NCBI RefSeq assembly: GCF_964204645.1
Contig: NC_134036.1
Span: 7,327,434 to 7,391,433 of the forward strand
DNA length: 64,000 bases
Direction of reading: 5' to 3'
From: Tubulanus polymorphus
Taxonomy: Eukaryota; Animalia; Nemertea
Shown: positions 38,701 to 52,575 of the stretch, piece after piece
Position numbering within the stretch: the first letter of the stretch is position 1
Layout of the letters: every line of letters begins with the position of its first letter
Position numbers and translations under genes: made by a program
The notes under the pieces: model-generated
What the model was told of the DNA's origin: nothing
Databases searched by the model: none
Seen by the model: only the letters and a program-made list of their open reading frames with translations

Positions 38701-41700
38701 GGTCATAATCAGCGTTACGACCCGGTGCAGTGAGGGAGGGAGGGAGGGAGGCAGTAGGTCGGTCGTCCGTCCGTTTGTCAGTGTGCCGGCGGTGGTTGTT
38801 CGAAAAACGACTAAGTGCTGACCGGGTCATAATCAGCGTTACGACCCGGTGCAGTGAGGGAGGGAGGGAGGGAGGCAGTAGGTCGGTCGTCCGTCCGTTC
38901 GTCAGTGTGCCGGCGGTGGTTGTTCGAAAAACGACTAAGTGCTGACCGGGCCTTGATCAGCGTTACGACCCGGTGCAGTGAGGGAGGGAGGGAGGCACTA
39001 GGACAGTCGTCCGCCCGTTAGTCAGTGTGTCGGCGGTTGTTGTTCGAAAAACGACTAAGTGCTGACCGGGCCGTGAACAGCGTTACGACCCGGCACCGGT
39101 CAGGAAGGGAGGGAGGGTGGCAGTAGGTCGGTCGTCCGTTCGTTCGTCAGTGTGCCGGCGGTGGTAGTTCGAAAAACGACTAAGTGCTGACCGGGCATTG
39201 ATCAGCGTTACGACCCGGTGCAGTGAGGGAGGGAGGGAGGCAGTAGGTCGGTCGTCCGTCCGTTCGTCAGTGTGCCGGCGGTGGTTGTTCGAAAAACGAC
39301 TAAGTGCTGACCGGGTCATAATCAGCGTTACGACCCGGTGCAGTGAGGGAGGGAGGGAGGCAGTAGGTCGGTCGTCCATCCGTTCGTCAGTGTGCCGGCG
39401 GTTGTTGTTCGAAAAACGACTAAGTACTGACCGGGCCTTGATCAGCGTTACGACCCGGTGCAGTGAGGGAGGGAGGGAGGCAGTAGGTCGGTCGTCCATC
39501 CGTTCGTCAGTGTGCCGGCGGTGGTTGTTCGAAAAACGACTAAGTGCTGACCGGGTCATGATCAGCGTTACGACCCGGTGCAGTGAGGGAGGGAGGGAGG
39601 GAGGCAGTAGGTCGGTCGTCCATCCGTTCGTCAGTGTGCCGGCGGTGGTTGTTCGAAAAACGACTAAGTGCTGACCGGGCCATGATCAGCGTTACGACCC
39701 GGTGCAGTGAGGGATGGAGGGAGGCACTAGGACAGTCGTCCGCCCGTTAGTCAGTGTGTCGGCGGTTGTTGTTCGAAAAACGACTAAGTGCTGACCGGGC
39801 CATGAACAGCGTTACGACCCGGCACCGGTCAGGAAGGGAGGGAGGGTGGCAGTAGGTCGGTCGTCCGTTCGTTCGTCAGTGTGCCGGCGGTGGTAGTTCG
39901 AAAAACGACTAAGTGCTGACCGGGCCTTGATCAGCGTTACGACCCGTTGCAGTGAGGGAGGGAGGGAGGGAGGCAGTAGGTCCGTCGTCCGCCCGTTAGT
40001 CAGTGTGTCGGCGGTTGCTGTTCGAAAAACGACTAAGTGCTGACCGGGCCTTGATCAGCGTTACGACCCGGTGCAGTGAGGGAGGGAGGGAGGCAGTAGG
40101 TCGGTCGTCCGTCCGTTCGTCAGTGTGCCGGCGGTGGTTGTTCGAAAAACGACAAAGTGCTGACCGGGCCTTGATCAGCGTTACGACCCGGTGCAGTGAG
40201 CGAGGGAGGGAGGGAGGGAGGCATTAGGTCGGTCGTCCATCCGTTCGTCAGTGTGCCGGCGGTGGTTGTTCGAAAAACGACTAAGTGCTGACCGGGCCTT
40301 GATCAGCGTTACGACCCGGTGCAGTGAGGGAGGGAGGGAGGCAGTAGGTCGGTCGTCCGTCCGTTCGTCAGTGTGCCGGCGGTGGTTGTTCGAAAAACGA
40401 CTAAGTGCTGACCGGGCCTTGATCAGCGTTACGACCCGGTGCAGTGAGCGAGGGAGGGAGGGAGGGAGGCATTAGGTCGGTCGTCCATCCGTTCGTCAGT
40501 GTGCCGGCGGTGGTTGTTCGAAAACGACTAAGTGCTGACCGGGCCATGATCAGCGTTACGACCCGGTGCAGTGAGGGAGGGAGGGAGGCACTAGGACAGT
40601 CGTCCGCCCGTTAGTCAGTGTGTCGGCGGTTGTTGTACGAAAAACGACTAAGTACTGACCGGGCCATGAACAGCGTTACGACCCGGCACCAGTCAGGAAG
40701 GGAGGGAGGGTGGCAGTAGGTCGGTCGTCCGTTCGTTCGTCAGTGTGCCGGCGGTGGTTGTTCGAAAAACGACTAAGTGCTGACCGGGCCTTGATCAGCG
40801 TTACGACCCGGTGCAGTGAGGGAGGGAGGGAGGGAGGCGAGGCAGTAGGTCGGTCGTCCGTCCGTTCGCCAGTGTGCCGGCGGTGGTTGTTCGAAAAACG
40901 ACTAAGTGCTGACCGGGCCTTGATCAGCGTTACGACCCGGAGCAGTGAGGGAGGGAGGGAGGCAGTAGGTCGGTCGTCCGTCCTTTCGCCAGAGTGCCGC
41001 TGGTGGTTGTTCGAAAAACGACTAAGTGCTGACCGGGCCTTGATCAGCGTTACGACCCGGTGCAGTGAGGGAGGGAGGGAGGCAGTAGGTCGGTCGTCCG
41101 TCCAGTCGTCAGTGTGCCGGCGATGGTTGTTCGAAAAACGACTAAGTGCTGACCGGGCCTTGATCAGCGTTACGACCCGGTGCAGTGAGGGAGGGAGGGA
41201 GGCAGTAGGTCGGTCGTCCGTCCGTTTGTCAGTGTGCCGGCGGTGGTTGTTCGAAAAACGACTAAGTGCTGACCGGGCCTTGATCAGCGTTACGACCCGG
41301 TGCAGTGAGGGAGGGAGGGAGGCAGTAGGTCGGTCGTCCATCCGTTCGTCAGTGTGCCGGCGGTGGTTGTTCGAAAAACGACTAAGTGCTGACCGGGCCA
41401 TGATCAGCGTTACGACCCGGTGCAGTGAGGGAGGGAGGCACTAGGACAGTCGTCCGCCCGTTAGTCAGTGTGTCGGCGGTTGTTGTTCGAAAAACGACTA
41501 AGTGCTGACCGGGCCATGAACAGCGTTACGACCCGGCACCGGTCAGGAAGGGAGGGAGGGTGGCAGTAGGTCGGTCGTCCGTTCGTTCGTCAGTGTGCCG
41601 GCGGTGGTTGTTCGAAAAACGACTAAGTGCTGACCGGGCCTTGATCAGCGTTACGACCCGGCACCGGTCAGGGAGGGAGGGAGGGAGGCAGTAGGTCGGT

Positions 41701-44700
41701 CGTCCGTCCGTTCGTCATTGTGCCGGCGGTGGTAGTTCGAAAAACGACTAAGTGCTGACCGGGCCTTGATCAGCGTTACGACCCGGAGCATTGAGGGAGG
41801 GAGGGAGGCAGTAGGTCGGTCGTCCGTCCGTTCGTCATTGTGCCGGCGGTGGTAGTTCGAAAAACGACTAAGTGCTGACCGGGCCTAGATCAGCGTTACG
41901 ACCCGGTGCAGTGAGGGAGGGAGGGAGGCAGTAGGTCGGTCGTCCGTCCGGTCGTCAGTGTGCCGGCGGTGGTTGTTCGAAAAACGACAAAGTGCTGACC
42001 GGGCCATGATCAGCGTTACGACCCGGTGCAGTGAGGGAGGGAGGGAGGCACTAGGACAGTCGTCCGCCCGTTAGTCAGTGTGTCGGCGGTTGTTGTTCGA
42101 AAAACGACTAAGTGCTGACCGGGCCTTGATCAGCGTTACGACCCGGAGCATTGAGGGAGGGAGGGAGGCAGTAGGTCGGTCGTCCATCCGTTCGTCAGTG
42201 TGCCGGCGGTGGTTGTTCGAAAAACGACTAAGTGCTGACCGGGTCATGATCAGCGTTACGACCCGGTGCAGTGAGGGAGGGAGGGAGGGACGCAGTAGGT
42301 CGGTCGTCCATCCGTTCGTCAGTGTATCGGCGGTTGTTGTTCGAAAAACGACTAAGTGCTGACCGGGCCTTGATCAGCGTTACGACCCGGAGCAGTGAGG
42401 GAGGGAGGGAGGTAGGAGGTCGGTCGTCCGTCCGTTCGCCAGTGTGCCGGCGGTGGTTGTTCGAAAAACGACTAAGTGCTGACCGGGCCATGAACAGCGT
42501 TACGACCCGGCACCGGTCAGGAAGGGAGGGAGGATGGCAGTAGGTCAGTCGTCCGTTCGTTCGTCAGTGTGCCGGCGGTGGTTGTTCGAAAAACGACTAA
42601 GTGCTGACCGGGCCTTGATCAGCGTTATGACCCGGAGCATTGAGGGAGGGAGGGAGGCAGTAGGTCGGTCGTCCGTCCGTTTGTCAGTGTGCCGGCAGCG
42701 ATGGTTGTTCGAAAAATGACTAAGGGCTGACCGGGCCTTGATCAGCGTTACGACCCGGAGCATTGAGGGAGGGAGGGAGGCAGTAGGTCGGTCGTCCATC
42801 CGTTCGTCAGTGTGCCGGCGGTGGTAGTTCGAAAAACGACTAAGTGCTGACCGGGCCTTGATCAGCGTTACGACCCGGTGCAGTGAGGGAGGGAGGGAGG
42901 CAGTAGGTCGGTCGTCCGTCCGTTCGCCAGTGTGCCGGCGGTGGTTGTTCGAAAAACGACTAAGTGCTGACCGGGCCTTGATCAGCGTTACGACCCGGTG
43001 CAGTGAGGGAGGGAGGGAGGCAGTAGCTCGGTCGTCCGTCCGTTCGCCAGTGTGCAGCTGGTGGTTGTTCGAAAAACGACTAAGTGCTGACCGGGCCTTG
43101 ATCAGCGTTACGACCCGGTGCAGTTAGGGAGGGAGGGAGGCACTAGGACAGTCGTCCGCCCGTTAGTCAGTGTGTCGGCGGTTGTTGTTCGAAAAACGAC
43201 TAAGTGCTGACCGGGCCGTGAACAGCGTTACGACCCGGAGCAGTGAGGGAGGGAGGGTGGCAGTAGGACAGTCGTCCGCCCGTTAGTCAGTGTGTCGGCG
43301 GTTGTTGTTCGAAAAACGACTAAGTGCTGACCGGGCCTTGATCAGCGTTACGACCCGGAGCATTGAGGGAGGGAGGAAGGCAGTAGGTCGGTCGTCCATC
43401 CGTTCGTCAGTGTGCCGGCGGTGGTAGTTCGAAAAACGACTAAGTGCTGACCGGGCCTTGATCAGCGTTACGACCCGGTGCAGTGAGGGAGGGAGGGAGG
43501 GAGGGAGGCAGTAGGTCGGTCGTCCGTCCGTTCGTCAGTGTGCCGGCGGTGGTTGTTCGAAAAACGACTAAGTGCTGACCGGGCCTTGATCAGCCTTACG
43601 ACCCGGTGCAGTTAGGGAGGGAGGGAGGGAGGCAGTAGGTCCGTCGTCCGCCCGTTAGTCAGTGTGTCGGCGGTTGTTGTTCGAAAAACGACTAAGTGCT
43701 GACCGGGCCGTGAACAGCGTTACGACCCGGCACCGGTCAGGAAGGGAGGGAGGGTGGCAGTAGGTCGGTCGTCCGTTCGTTCGTCAGTGTGCCGGCGGTG
43801 GTAGTTCGAAAAACGACTAAGTGCTGACCGGGCCTTGATCAGCGTTACGAACCGGTGCAGTGAGGGAGGGAGGGAGGCAGTAGGTCGGTCGTCCGTCCGT
43901 TCGCCAGTGTGCCGCTGGTGGTTGTTCGAAAAACGACTAAGTGCTGACCGGGCCTTGATCAGCGTTACGACCCGGTGCAGTTAGGGAGGGAGGGAGGCAC
44001 TAGGACAGTCGTCCGCCCGTTAGTCAGTGTGTCGGCGGTTGTTGTTCGAAAAACGACTAAGTGCTGACCGGGCCTTGATCAGCGTTACGACCCGGAGCAT
44101 TGAGGGAGGGAGGGAGGCAGTAGGTCGGTCGTCCATCCGTTCGTCAGTGTGCCGGCGGTGGTAGTTCGAAAAACGACTAAGTGCTGACCGGGCCTTGATC
44201 AGCGTTACGACCCGGTGCAGTGAGGGAGGGAGGGAGGGAGGTAGTAGGTCGGTCGTCCGTCCGTTCGTCAGTGTGCCGGCGGTGGTTGTTCGAAAAACGA
44301 ATAAGTGCTGACCGGGTCATGATCAGCGTTACGACCCGGTGCAGTGAGGGAGGGAGGGAGGGACGCAGTAGGTCGGTCGTCCATCCGTTCGTCAGTGTAT
44401 CGGCGGTTGTTGTTCGAAAAACGACTAAGTGCTGACCGGGCCTTGATCAGCGTTACGACCCGGAGCAGTGAGGGAGGGAGGGAGGCAGTAGGTCGGTCGT
44501 CCGTCCGTTCGCCAGTGTGCCGGCGGTGGTTGTTCGAAAAACGAATAAGTGCTGACCGGGTCATGATCAGCGTTACGACCCGGTGCAGTGAGGGAGGGAG
44601 GGAGGGACGCAGTAGGTCGGTCGTCCATCCGTTCGTCAGTGTATCGGCGGTTGTTGTTCGAAAAACGACTAAGTGCTGACCGGGCCTTGATCAGCGTTAC

Positions 44701-47700
44701 GACCCGGAGCAGTGAGGGAGGGAGGGAGGTAGTAGGTCGGTCGTCCGTCCGTTCGCCAGTGTGCCGGCGGTGGTTGTTCGAAAAACGACTAAGTGCTGAC
44801 CGGGCCATGAACAGCGTTACGACCCGGCACCGGTCAGGAAGGGAGGGAGGATGGCAGTAGGTCAGTCGTCCGTTCGTTCGTCAGTGTGCCGGCGGTGGTT
44901 GTTCGAAAAACGACTAAGTGCTGACCGGGCCTTGATCAGCGTTATGACCCGGAGCATTGAGGGAGGGAGGGAGGCAGTAGGTCGGTCGTCCGTCCGTTTG
45001 TCAGTGTGCCGGCAGCGATGGTTGTTCGAAAAATGACTAAGGGCTGACCGGGCCTTGATCAGCGTTACGACCCGGAGCATTGAGGGAGGGAGGGAGGCAG
45101 TAGGTCGGTCGTCCATCCGTTCGTCAGTGTGCCGGCGGTGGTAGTTCGAAAAACGACTAAGTGCTGACCGGGCCTTGATCAGCGTTACGACCCGGTGCAG
45201 TGAGGGAGGGAGGGAGGCAGTAGGTCGGTCGTCCGTCCGTTCGCCAGTGTGCCGGCGGTGGTTGTTCGAAAAACGACTAAGTGCTGACCGGGCCTTGATC
45301 AGCGTTACGACCCGGAGCAGTGAGGGAGGGAGGGAGGCAGTAGGTCGGTCGTCCGTCCTTTCGCCAGAGTGCCGCTGGTGGTTGTTCGAAAAACGACTAA
45401 GTGCTGACCGGGCCTTGATCAGCGTTACGACCCGGTGCAGTGAGGGAGGGAGGGAGGCAGTAGGTCGGTCGTCCGTCCAGTCGTCAGTGTGCCGGCGATG
45501 GTTGTTCGAAAAACGACTAAGTGCTGACCGGGCCATGCACAGCGTTACGACCCGGCACCGGTCAGGAAGGGAGGGAGGGTGGCAGTAGGTCGGTCGTCCG
45601 TTCGTTGGTCAGTGTGCCGGCGGTGGTAGTTCGAAAAACGACTAAGTGCTGACCGGGCCTTGATCAGCGTTACGACCCGGAGCAGTGTGGGAGGGAGGGG
45701 GACAGTAGGTCGGTCGTCCGTCCGTTCGTCAGTTTGCCGGCAGAGTTGGTTGTTCGAAAAACGACTAAGTGCTGACCGGGCCTTGATCAGCGTTACGACC
45801 CGGTGTTGTGACGGAGGGAGGGAGGCAGTAGGTCGGTCGTCCGTCCTTTCGCCAGAGTGCCGCTGGTGGTTGTTCGAAAAACGACTAAGTGCTGACCGGG
45901 CCTTGATCAGCGTTACGACCCGGTGCAGTGAGGGAGGGAGGGAGGCAGTAGGTCGGTCGTCCGTCCAGTCGTCAGTGTGCCGGCGGTGGTTGTTCGAAAA
46001 ACGACTAAGTGCTGACCGGGCCATGCACAGCGTTACGACCCGGCACCGGTCAGGAAGGGAGGGAGGGTGGCAGTAGGTCGGTCGTCCGTTCGTTGGTCAG
46101 TGTGCCGGCGGTGGTAGTTCGAAAAACGACTAAGTGCTGACCGGGCCTTGGTCAGCGTTACGACCCGGAGCAGTGTGGGAGGGAGGGGGACAGTAGGTCG
46201 GTCGTCCGTCCGTTCGTCAGTGTGCCGGCAGAGTTGGTTGTTCGAAAAACGACTAAGTGCTGACCGGGCCTTGATCAGCGTTACGACCCGGTGTTGTGAG
46301 GGAGGGAGGGAGGCAGTAGGTCGGTCGTCCATCCGTTCGTCAGTGTGCCGGCGGTGGTTGTTCGAAAAACGACTAAGTGCTGACCGGGCCTTGATCAGCG
46401 TTACGACCCGGCACCGGTCAGGGAGGGAGGGAGGGAGGCAGTAGGTCGGTCGTCCGTCCGATCGTCATTGTGCCGGCGGTGGTAGTTCGAAAAACGACTA
46501 AGTGCTGACCGGGCCTTGATCAGCGTTACGACCCGGAGCATTGAGGGAGGGAGGGAGGCAGTAGGTCGGTCGTCCGTCCGTTCGTCATTGTGCCGGCGGT
46601 GGTAGTTCGAAAAACGACTAAGTGCTGACCGGGCCTAGATCAGCGTTACGACCCGGTGCAGTGAGGGAGGGAGGGAGGCAGTAGGTCGGTCGTCCGTCCG
46701 GTCGTCAGTGTGCCGGCGGTGGTTGTTCGAAAAACGACAAAGTGCTGACCGGGCCATGATCAGCGTTACGACCCGGTGCAGTGAGGGAGGGAGGGAGGCA
46801 CTAGGACAGTCGTCCGCCCGTTAGTCAGTGTGTCGGCGGTTGTTGTTCGAAAAACGACTAAGTGCTGACCGGGCCTTGATCAGCGTTACGACCCGGAGCA
46901 TTGAGGGAGGGAGGGAGGCAGTAGGTCGGTCGTCCATCCGTTCGTCAGTGTGCCGGCGGTGGAAGTTCGAAAAACGACTAAGTGCTGACCGGGCCTTGAT
47001 CAGCGTTACGACCCGGTGCAGTGAGGGAGGGAGGGAGGGAGGCAGTAGGTCGGTTGTCCGTCCGTTCGTCAGTGTGCCGGCGGTGGTTGTTCGAAAAACG
47101 ACTAAGTGCTGACCGGGCCATGAACAGCGTTACGACCCGGCACCGGTCAGGAAGGGAGGGAGGGTGGCAGTAGGTCGGTCGTCCGTTCGTTCGTCAGTGT
47201 GCCGGCGGTGGTAGTTCGAAAAACGACTAAGTGCTGACCGGGCCTTGATCAGCGTTACGACCCGGTGCAGTGAGGGAGGGAGGGAGGCAGTAGGTCGGTC
47301 GTCCGTCCGTTTGTCAGTGTGCCGGCGGTGGTTGTTCGAAAAACGACTAAGTGCTGACCGGGTCATAATCAGCGTTACGACCCGGTGCAGTGAGGGAGGG
47401 AGGGAGGGAGGCAGTAGGTCGGTCGTCCGTCCGTTTGTCAGTGTGCCGGCGGTGGTTGTTCGAAAAACGACTAAGTGCTGACCGGGTCATAATCAGCGTT
47501 ACGACCCGGTGCAGTGAGGGAGGGAGGGAGGCAGTAGGTCGGTCGTCCGTCCGTTCGTCAGTGTGCCGGCGGTGGTTGTTCGAAAAACGACTAAGTGCTG
47601 ACCGGGCCTTGATCAGCGTTACGACCCGGAGCAGTGAGGGAGGGAGGGAGGCAGTAGGTCGGTCGTCCGTCCGTTCGCCAGTGTGCCGCTGGTGGTAGTT

Positions 47701-50700
47701 CGAAAAACGACTAAGTGCTGACCGGGCCTTGATCAGCGTTACGACCCGGTGCAGTGAGGGAGGGAGGGAGGCAGTAGGTCGGTCGTCCGTCCGTTTGTCA
47801 GTGTGCCGGCGGTGGTTGTTCGAAAAACGACTAAGTGCTGACCGGGCCTTGATCAGCGTTACGACCCGGTGCAGTGAGGGAGGGAGGGAGGCAGTAGGTC
47901 GGTCGTCCATCCGTTCGTCAGTGTGCCGGCGGTGGTTGTTCGAAAAACGACTAAGTGCTGACCGGGCCATGATCAGCGTTACGACCCGGTGCAGTGAGGG
48001 AGGGAGGCACTAGGACAGTCGTCCGCCCGTTAGTCAGTGTGTCGGTTGTTGTTGTTCGAAAAACGACTAAGTGCTGACCGGGCCATGAACAGCGTTACGA
48101 CCCGGCACCGGTCAGGAAGGGAGGGAGGGTGGCAGTAGGTCGGTCGTCCGTTCGTTCGTCAGTGTGCCGGCGGTGGTTGTTCGAAAAACGACTAAGTGCT
48201 GACCGGGCCTTGATCAGCGTTACGACCCGGCACCGGTCAGGGAGGGAGGGAGGGAGGCAGTAGGTCGGTCGTCCGTCCGATCGTCATTGTGCCGGCGGTG
48301 GTAGTTCGAAAAACGACTAAGTGCTGACCGGGCCTTGATCAGCGTTACGACCCGGAGCATTGAGGGAGGGAGGGAGGCAGTAGGTCGGTCGTCCGTCCGT
48401 TCGTCATTGTGCCGGCGGTGGTAGTTCGAAAAACGACTAAGTGCTGACCGGGCCTAGATCAGCGTTACGACCCGGTGCAGTGAGGGAGGGAGGGAGGCAG
48501 TAGGTCGGTCGTCCGTCCGGTCGTCAGTGTGCCGGCGGTGGTTGTTCGAAAAACGACAAAGTGCTGACCGGGCCATGATCAGCGTTACGACCCGGTGCAG
48601 TGAGGGAGGGAGGGAGGCACTAGGACAGTCGTCCGCCCGTTAGTCAGTGTGTCGGCGGTTGTTGTTCGAAAAACGACTAAGTGCTGACCGGGCCTTGATC
48701 AGCGTTACGACCCGGAGCATTGAGGGAGGGAGGGAGGCAGTAGGTCGGTCGTCCATCCGTTCGTCAGTGTGCCGGCGGTGGAAGTTCGAAAAACGACTAA
48801 GTGCTGACCGGGCCTTGATAAGCGTTACGACCCGGTGCAGTGAGGGAGGGAGGGAGGGAGGCAGTAGGTCGGTTGTCCGTCCGTTCGTCAGTGTGCCGGC
48901 GGTGGTTGTTCGAAAAACGACTAAGTGCTGACCGGGCCATGAACAGCGTTACGACCCGGCACCGGTCAGGAAGGGAGGGAGGGTGGCAGTAGGTCGGTCG
49001 TCCGTTCGTTCGTCAGTGTGCCGGCGGTGGTAGTTCGAAAAACGACTAAGTGCTGACCGGGCCTTGATCAGCGTTACGACCCGGTGCAGTGAGGGAGGGA
49101 GGGAGGCAGTAGGTCGGTCGTCCGTCCGTTTGTCAGTGTGCCGGCGGTGGTTGTTCGAAAAACGACTAAGTGCTGACCGGGTCATAATCAGCGTTACGAC
49201 CCGGTGCAGTGAGGGAGGGAGGGAGGGAGGCAGTAGGTCGGTCGTCCGTCCGTTTGTCAGTGTGCCGGCGGTGGTTGTTCGAAAAACGACTAAGTGCTGA
49301 CCGGGTCATAATCAGCGTTACGACCCGGTGCAGTGAGGGAGGGAGGGAGGGAGGCAGTAGGTCGGTCGTCCGTCCGTTCGTCAGTGTGCCGGCGGTGGTT
49401 GTTCGAAAAACGACTAAGTGCTGACCGGGCCTTGATCAGCGTTACGACCCGGTGCAGTGAGGGAGGGAGGGAGGGAGGCACTAGGACAGTCGTCCGCCCG
49501 TTAGTCAGTGTGTCGGCGGTTGTTGTTCGAAAAACGACTAAGTGCTGACCGGGCCGTGAACAGCGTTACGACCCGGCACCGGTCAGGAAGGGAGGGAGGG
49601 TGGCAGTAGGTCGGTCGTCCGTTCGTTCGTCAGTGTGCCGGCGGTGGTAGTTCGAAAAACGACTAAGTGCTGACCGGGCATTGATCAGCGTTACGACCCG
49701 GTGCAGTGAGGGAGGGAGGGAGGCAGTAGGTCGGTCGTCCGTCCGTTCGTCAGTGTGCCGGCGGTGGTTGTTCGAAAAACGACTAAGTGCTGACCGGGCC
49801 ATGATCAGCGTTACGACCCGGTGCAGTGAGGGAGGGAGGGAGGCATTAGGTCGGTCGTCCATCCGTTCGTCAGTGTGCCGGCGGTGGTTGTTCGAAAAAC
49901 GACTAAGTGCTGACCGGGCCATGATCAGCGTTACGACCCGGTGCAGTGAGGGAGGGAGGGAGGCACTAGGACAGTCGTCCGCCCGTTAGTCAGTGTGTCG
50001 GCGGTTGTTGTACGAAAAACGACTAAGTACTGACCGGGCCATGAACAGCGTTACGACCCGGCACCAGTCAGGAAGGGAGGGAGGGTGGCAGTAGGTCGGT
50101 CGTCCGTTCGTTCGTCAGTGTGCCGGCGGTGGTTGTTCGAAAAACGACTAAGTGCTGACCGGGCCTTGATCAGCGTTACGACCCGGTGCAGTGAGGGAGG
50201 GAGGGAGGGAGGCAGTAGGTCCGTCGTCCGCCCGTTAGTCAGTGTGTCGGCGGTTGCTGTTCGAAAAACGACTAAGTGCTGACCGGGCCATGAACAGCGT
50301 TACGACCCGGCACCGGTCAGGAAGGGAGGGAGGGTGGCAGTAGGTCGGTCGTCCGTTCGTTCGTCAGTGTGCCGGCGGTGGTAGTTCGAAAAACGACTAA
50401 GTGCTGACCGGGCCTTGATCAGCGTTACGACCCGGTGCAGTGAGGGAGGGAGGGAGGCAGTAGGTCGGTCGTCCGTCCGTTTGTCAGTGTGCCGGCGGTG
50501 GTTGTTCGAAAAACGACTAAGTGCTGACCGGGCCTTGATCAGCGTTACGACCCGGTGCAGTGAGGGAGGGAGGGAGGCAGTAGGTCGGTCGTCCATCCGT
50601 TCGTCAGTGTGCCGGCGGTGGTTGTTCGAAAAACGACTAAGTGCTGACCGGGCCATGATCAGCGTTACGACCCGGTGCAGTGAGGGAGGGAGGCACTAGG

Positions 50701-51486
50701 ACAGTCGTCCGCCCGTTAGTCAGTGTGTCGGCGGTTGTTGTTCGAAAAACGACTAAGTGCTGACCGGGCCATGAACAGCGTTACGACCCGGCACCGGTCA
50801 GGAAGGGAGGGAGGGTGGCAGTAGGTCGGTCGTCCGTTCGTTCGTCAGTGTGCCGGCGGTGGTTGTTCGAAAAACGACTAAGTGCTGACCGGGCCTTGAT
50901 CAGCGTTACGACCCGGCACCGGTCAGGGAGGGAGGGAGGGAGGCAGTAGGTCGGTCGTCCGTCCGATCGTCATTGTGCCGGCGGTGGTAGTTCGAAAAAC
51001 GACTAAGTGCTGACCGGGCCTTGATCAGCGTTACGACCCGGAGCATTGAGGGAGGGAGGGAGGCAGTAGGTCGGTCGTCCGTCCGTTCGTCATTGTGCCG
51101 GCGGTGGTAGTTCGAAAAACGACTAAGTGCTGACCGGGCCTAGATCAGCGTTACGACCCGGTGCAGTGAGGGAGGGAGGGAGGCAGTAGGTCGGTCGTCC
51201 GTCCGGTCGTCAGTGTGCCGGCGGTGGTTGTTCGAAAAACGACAAAGTGCTGACCGGGCCATGATCAGCGTTACGACCCGGTGCAGTGAGGGAGGGAGGG
51301 AGGCACTAGGACAGTCGTCCGCCCGTTAGTCAGTGTGTCGGCGGTTGTTGTTCGAAAAACGACTAAGTGCTGACCGGGCCTTGATCAGCGTTACGACCCG
51401 GAGCATTGAGGGAGGGAGGGAGGCAGTAGGTCGGTCGTCCATCCGTTCGTCAGTGTGCCGGCGGTGGAAGTTCGAAAAACGACTAA
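11784..51486. repeat. ~120-125-bp GC-rich tandem satellite (roughly 320 monomers) with higher-order duplications
   Basis: Consensus gggccttgatcagcgttacgacccggtgcagtgagggagggagggaggcagtaggtcggtcgtccgtccgttcgtcagtgtgccggcggtggttgttcgaaaaacgactaagtgctgacc, repeated head-to-tail. Confidence 0.98.
12183..12499 (+). repeat. (GGGA)n microsatellite expansion (~79 units) within one satellite monomer
   Basis: Near-perfect gagg run replacing the usual 3-6 units of the monomer. Confidence 0.95.
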
Positions 51487-51923
51487 AACACGTTCCCAAA
51501 TGTTTTGATACTTTCTCAGTTTGTATCAAAAATATTGCCAATTTCTGGTCCTTGAGTCCTGAAAAATGATAAATTTACAGCGCAAAATCGTACAAACGTG
51601 TCAATTATACTTCTAAACACTTTATTTGCGGACCAGTTTATGAATTGAACGTGGGCCATAGAGCGCTATATCCGCCTATGATCTCAACTTTCAATTTATT
51701 ACGTAAGCTATTCGTGAACAAAATGCGGTCGGCGCACAATAGAAACTTCGCTCTATTTATTCTTTCATTACCGCCGACAAAGAGGACCGATATTTCGCAA
51801 ATTGGATTCGGGAGGTTTAAACCTCCCAAGGTCAAATCACTAAAATTGTGACCTTCGTGGAGATTATCTAAAAAGCCGATGGTAATCAAATTTAGCATAA
51901 CTTTTTACCCAAACGTTCAATGG
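51487..51923 (+). repeat. Left terminal inverted repeat (~437 bp)
   Basis: Colinear with the reverse complement of 57178-57616; the first ~53 bp have only 2 mismatches, then blocks of identity continue to ...caatgg. Confidence 0.9.
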
Positions 51924-51973
51924 CATTCCTAAGTATTTGATGAAAGTTGAGAAATCATAAGATATTCATATAA

Positions 51974-52012
51974 CCATGGACTCTAAAACCTAAATCGTAT
52001 AAGAGTCTCTGA
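51974..52012. mobile_element. Decayed copy of the same micro-element, TSD TATAA
   Basis: tataa-ccatggactctaaaac...agagtctctga-tataa. Confidence 0.6.
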
Positions 52013-52414
52013 TATAAAAAAAACTTCGCATAACGAAGAAGCAAAAATTCGAATCTGATTCATCTGTTTGGAATTGATTCTTATGAAATGGAAACAAATG
52101 CGTGAGCACCTACTCATTCATTCAATTTACTTTGCGGCTTTACAACGGCTATTTCACTGGTTCTGCGTGATGAGATAATTCTGATTAAAGTTATTGTAAT
52201 AATTTCTATATGTATATACGTAATGATACTCTTTCTGAATAAAGGATGCACGTTATTCGAATCCCCACCATTGTTCTCTACAATGTACGTTAATCAAACT
52301 CACGATAAAACCAGATCCAAAACCATGGACTCAAAAACAAAGAATCCGTGGTCAAACATACAATTCTAATTTCCCCGTTAGTTCACTGATGCCGCCATCG
52401 AATGCAAGGATTCT

Positions 52415-52575
52415 AGCCAATCAGAGAGGCGCATGTACACATCCATTGGCATGTTAGTTATAGTACAACTTAGACAATAATCAAGGTTCGAGCCAATGAA
52501 CTAGAATATGTTCTTTCAACTAACTAGAATATGTTCTTTCATCGAATACAAATAACTCAGTAGTAGTCAGTTAGT
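52415..52575 (+). promoter_or_regulatory. Possible Pol II promoter inside the transposon (CCAAT boxes plus TCAGT initiator-like motifs)
   Basis: agccaatcag at 52415, attgg at 52445, agccaatg at 52491, tcagt at 52557 and tcagtt at 52567. Motif-only evidence. Confidence 0.3.

Noticed and set aside
11784-51486. Hammerhead in the satellites (CTGACGA on the minus strand of both the 118- and 120-bp monomers)
   Set aside because: No stem II followed by GAAA at a compatible distance.
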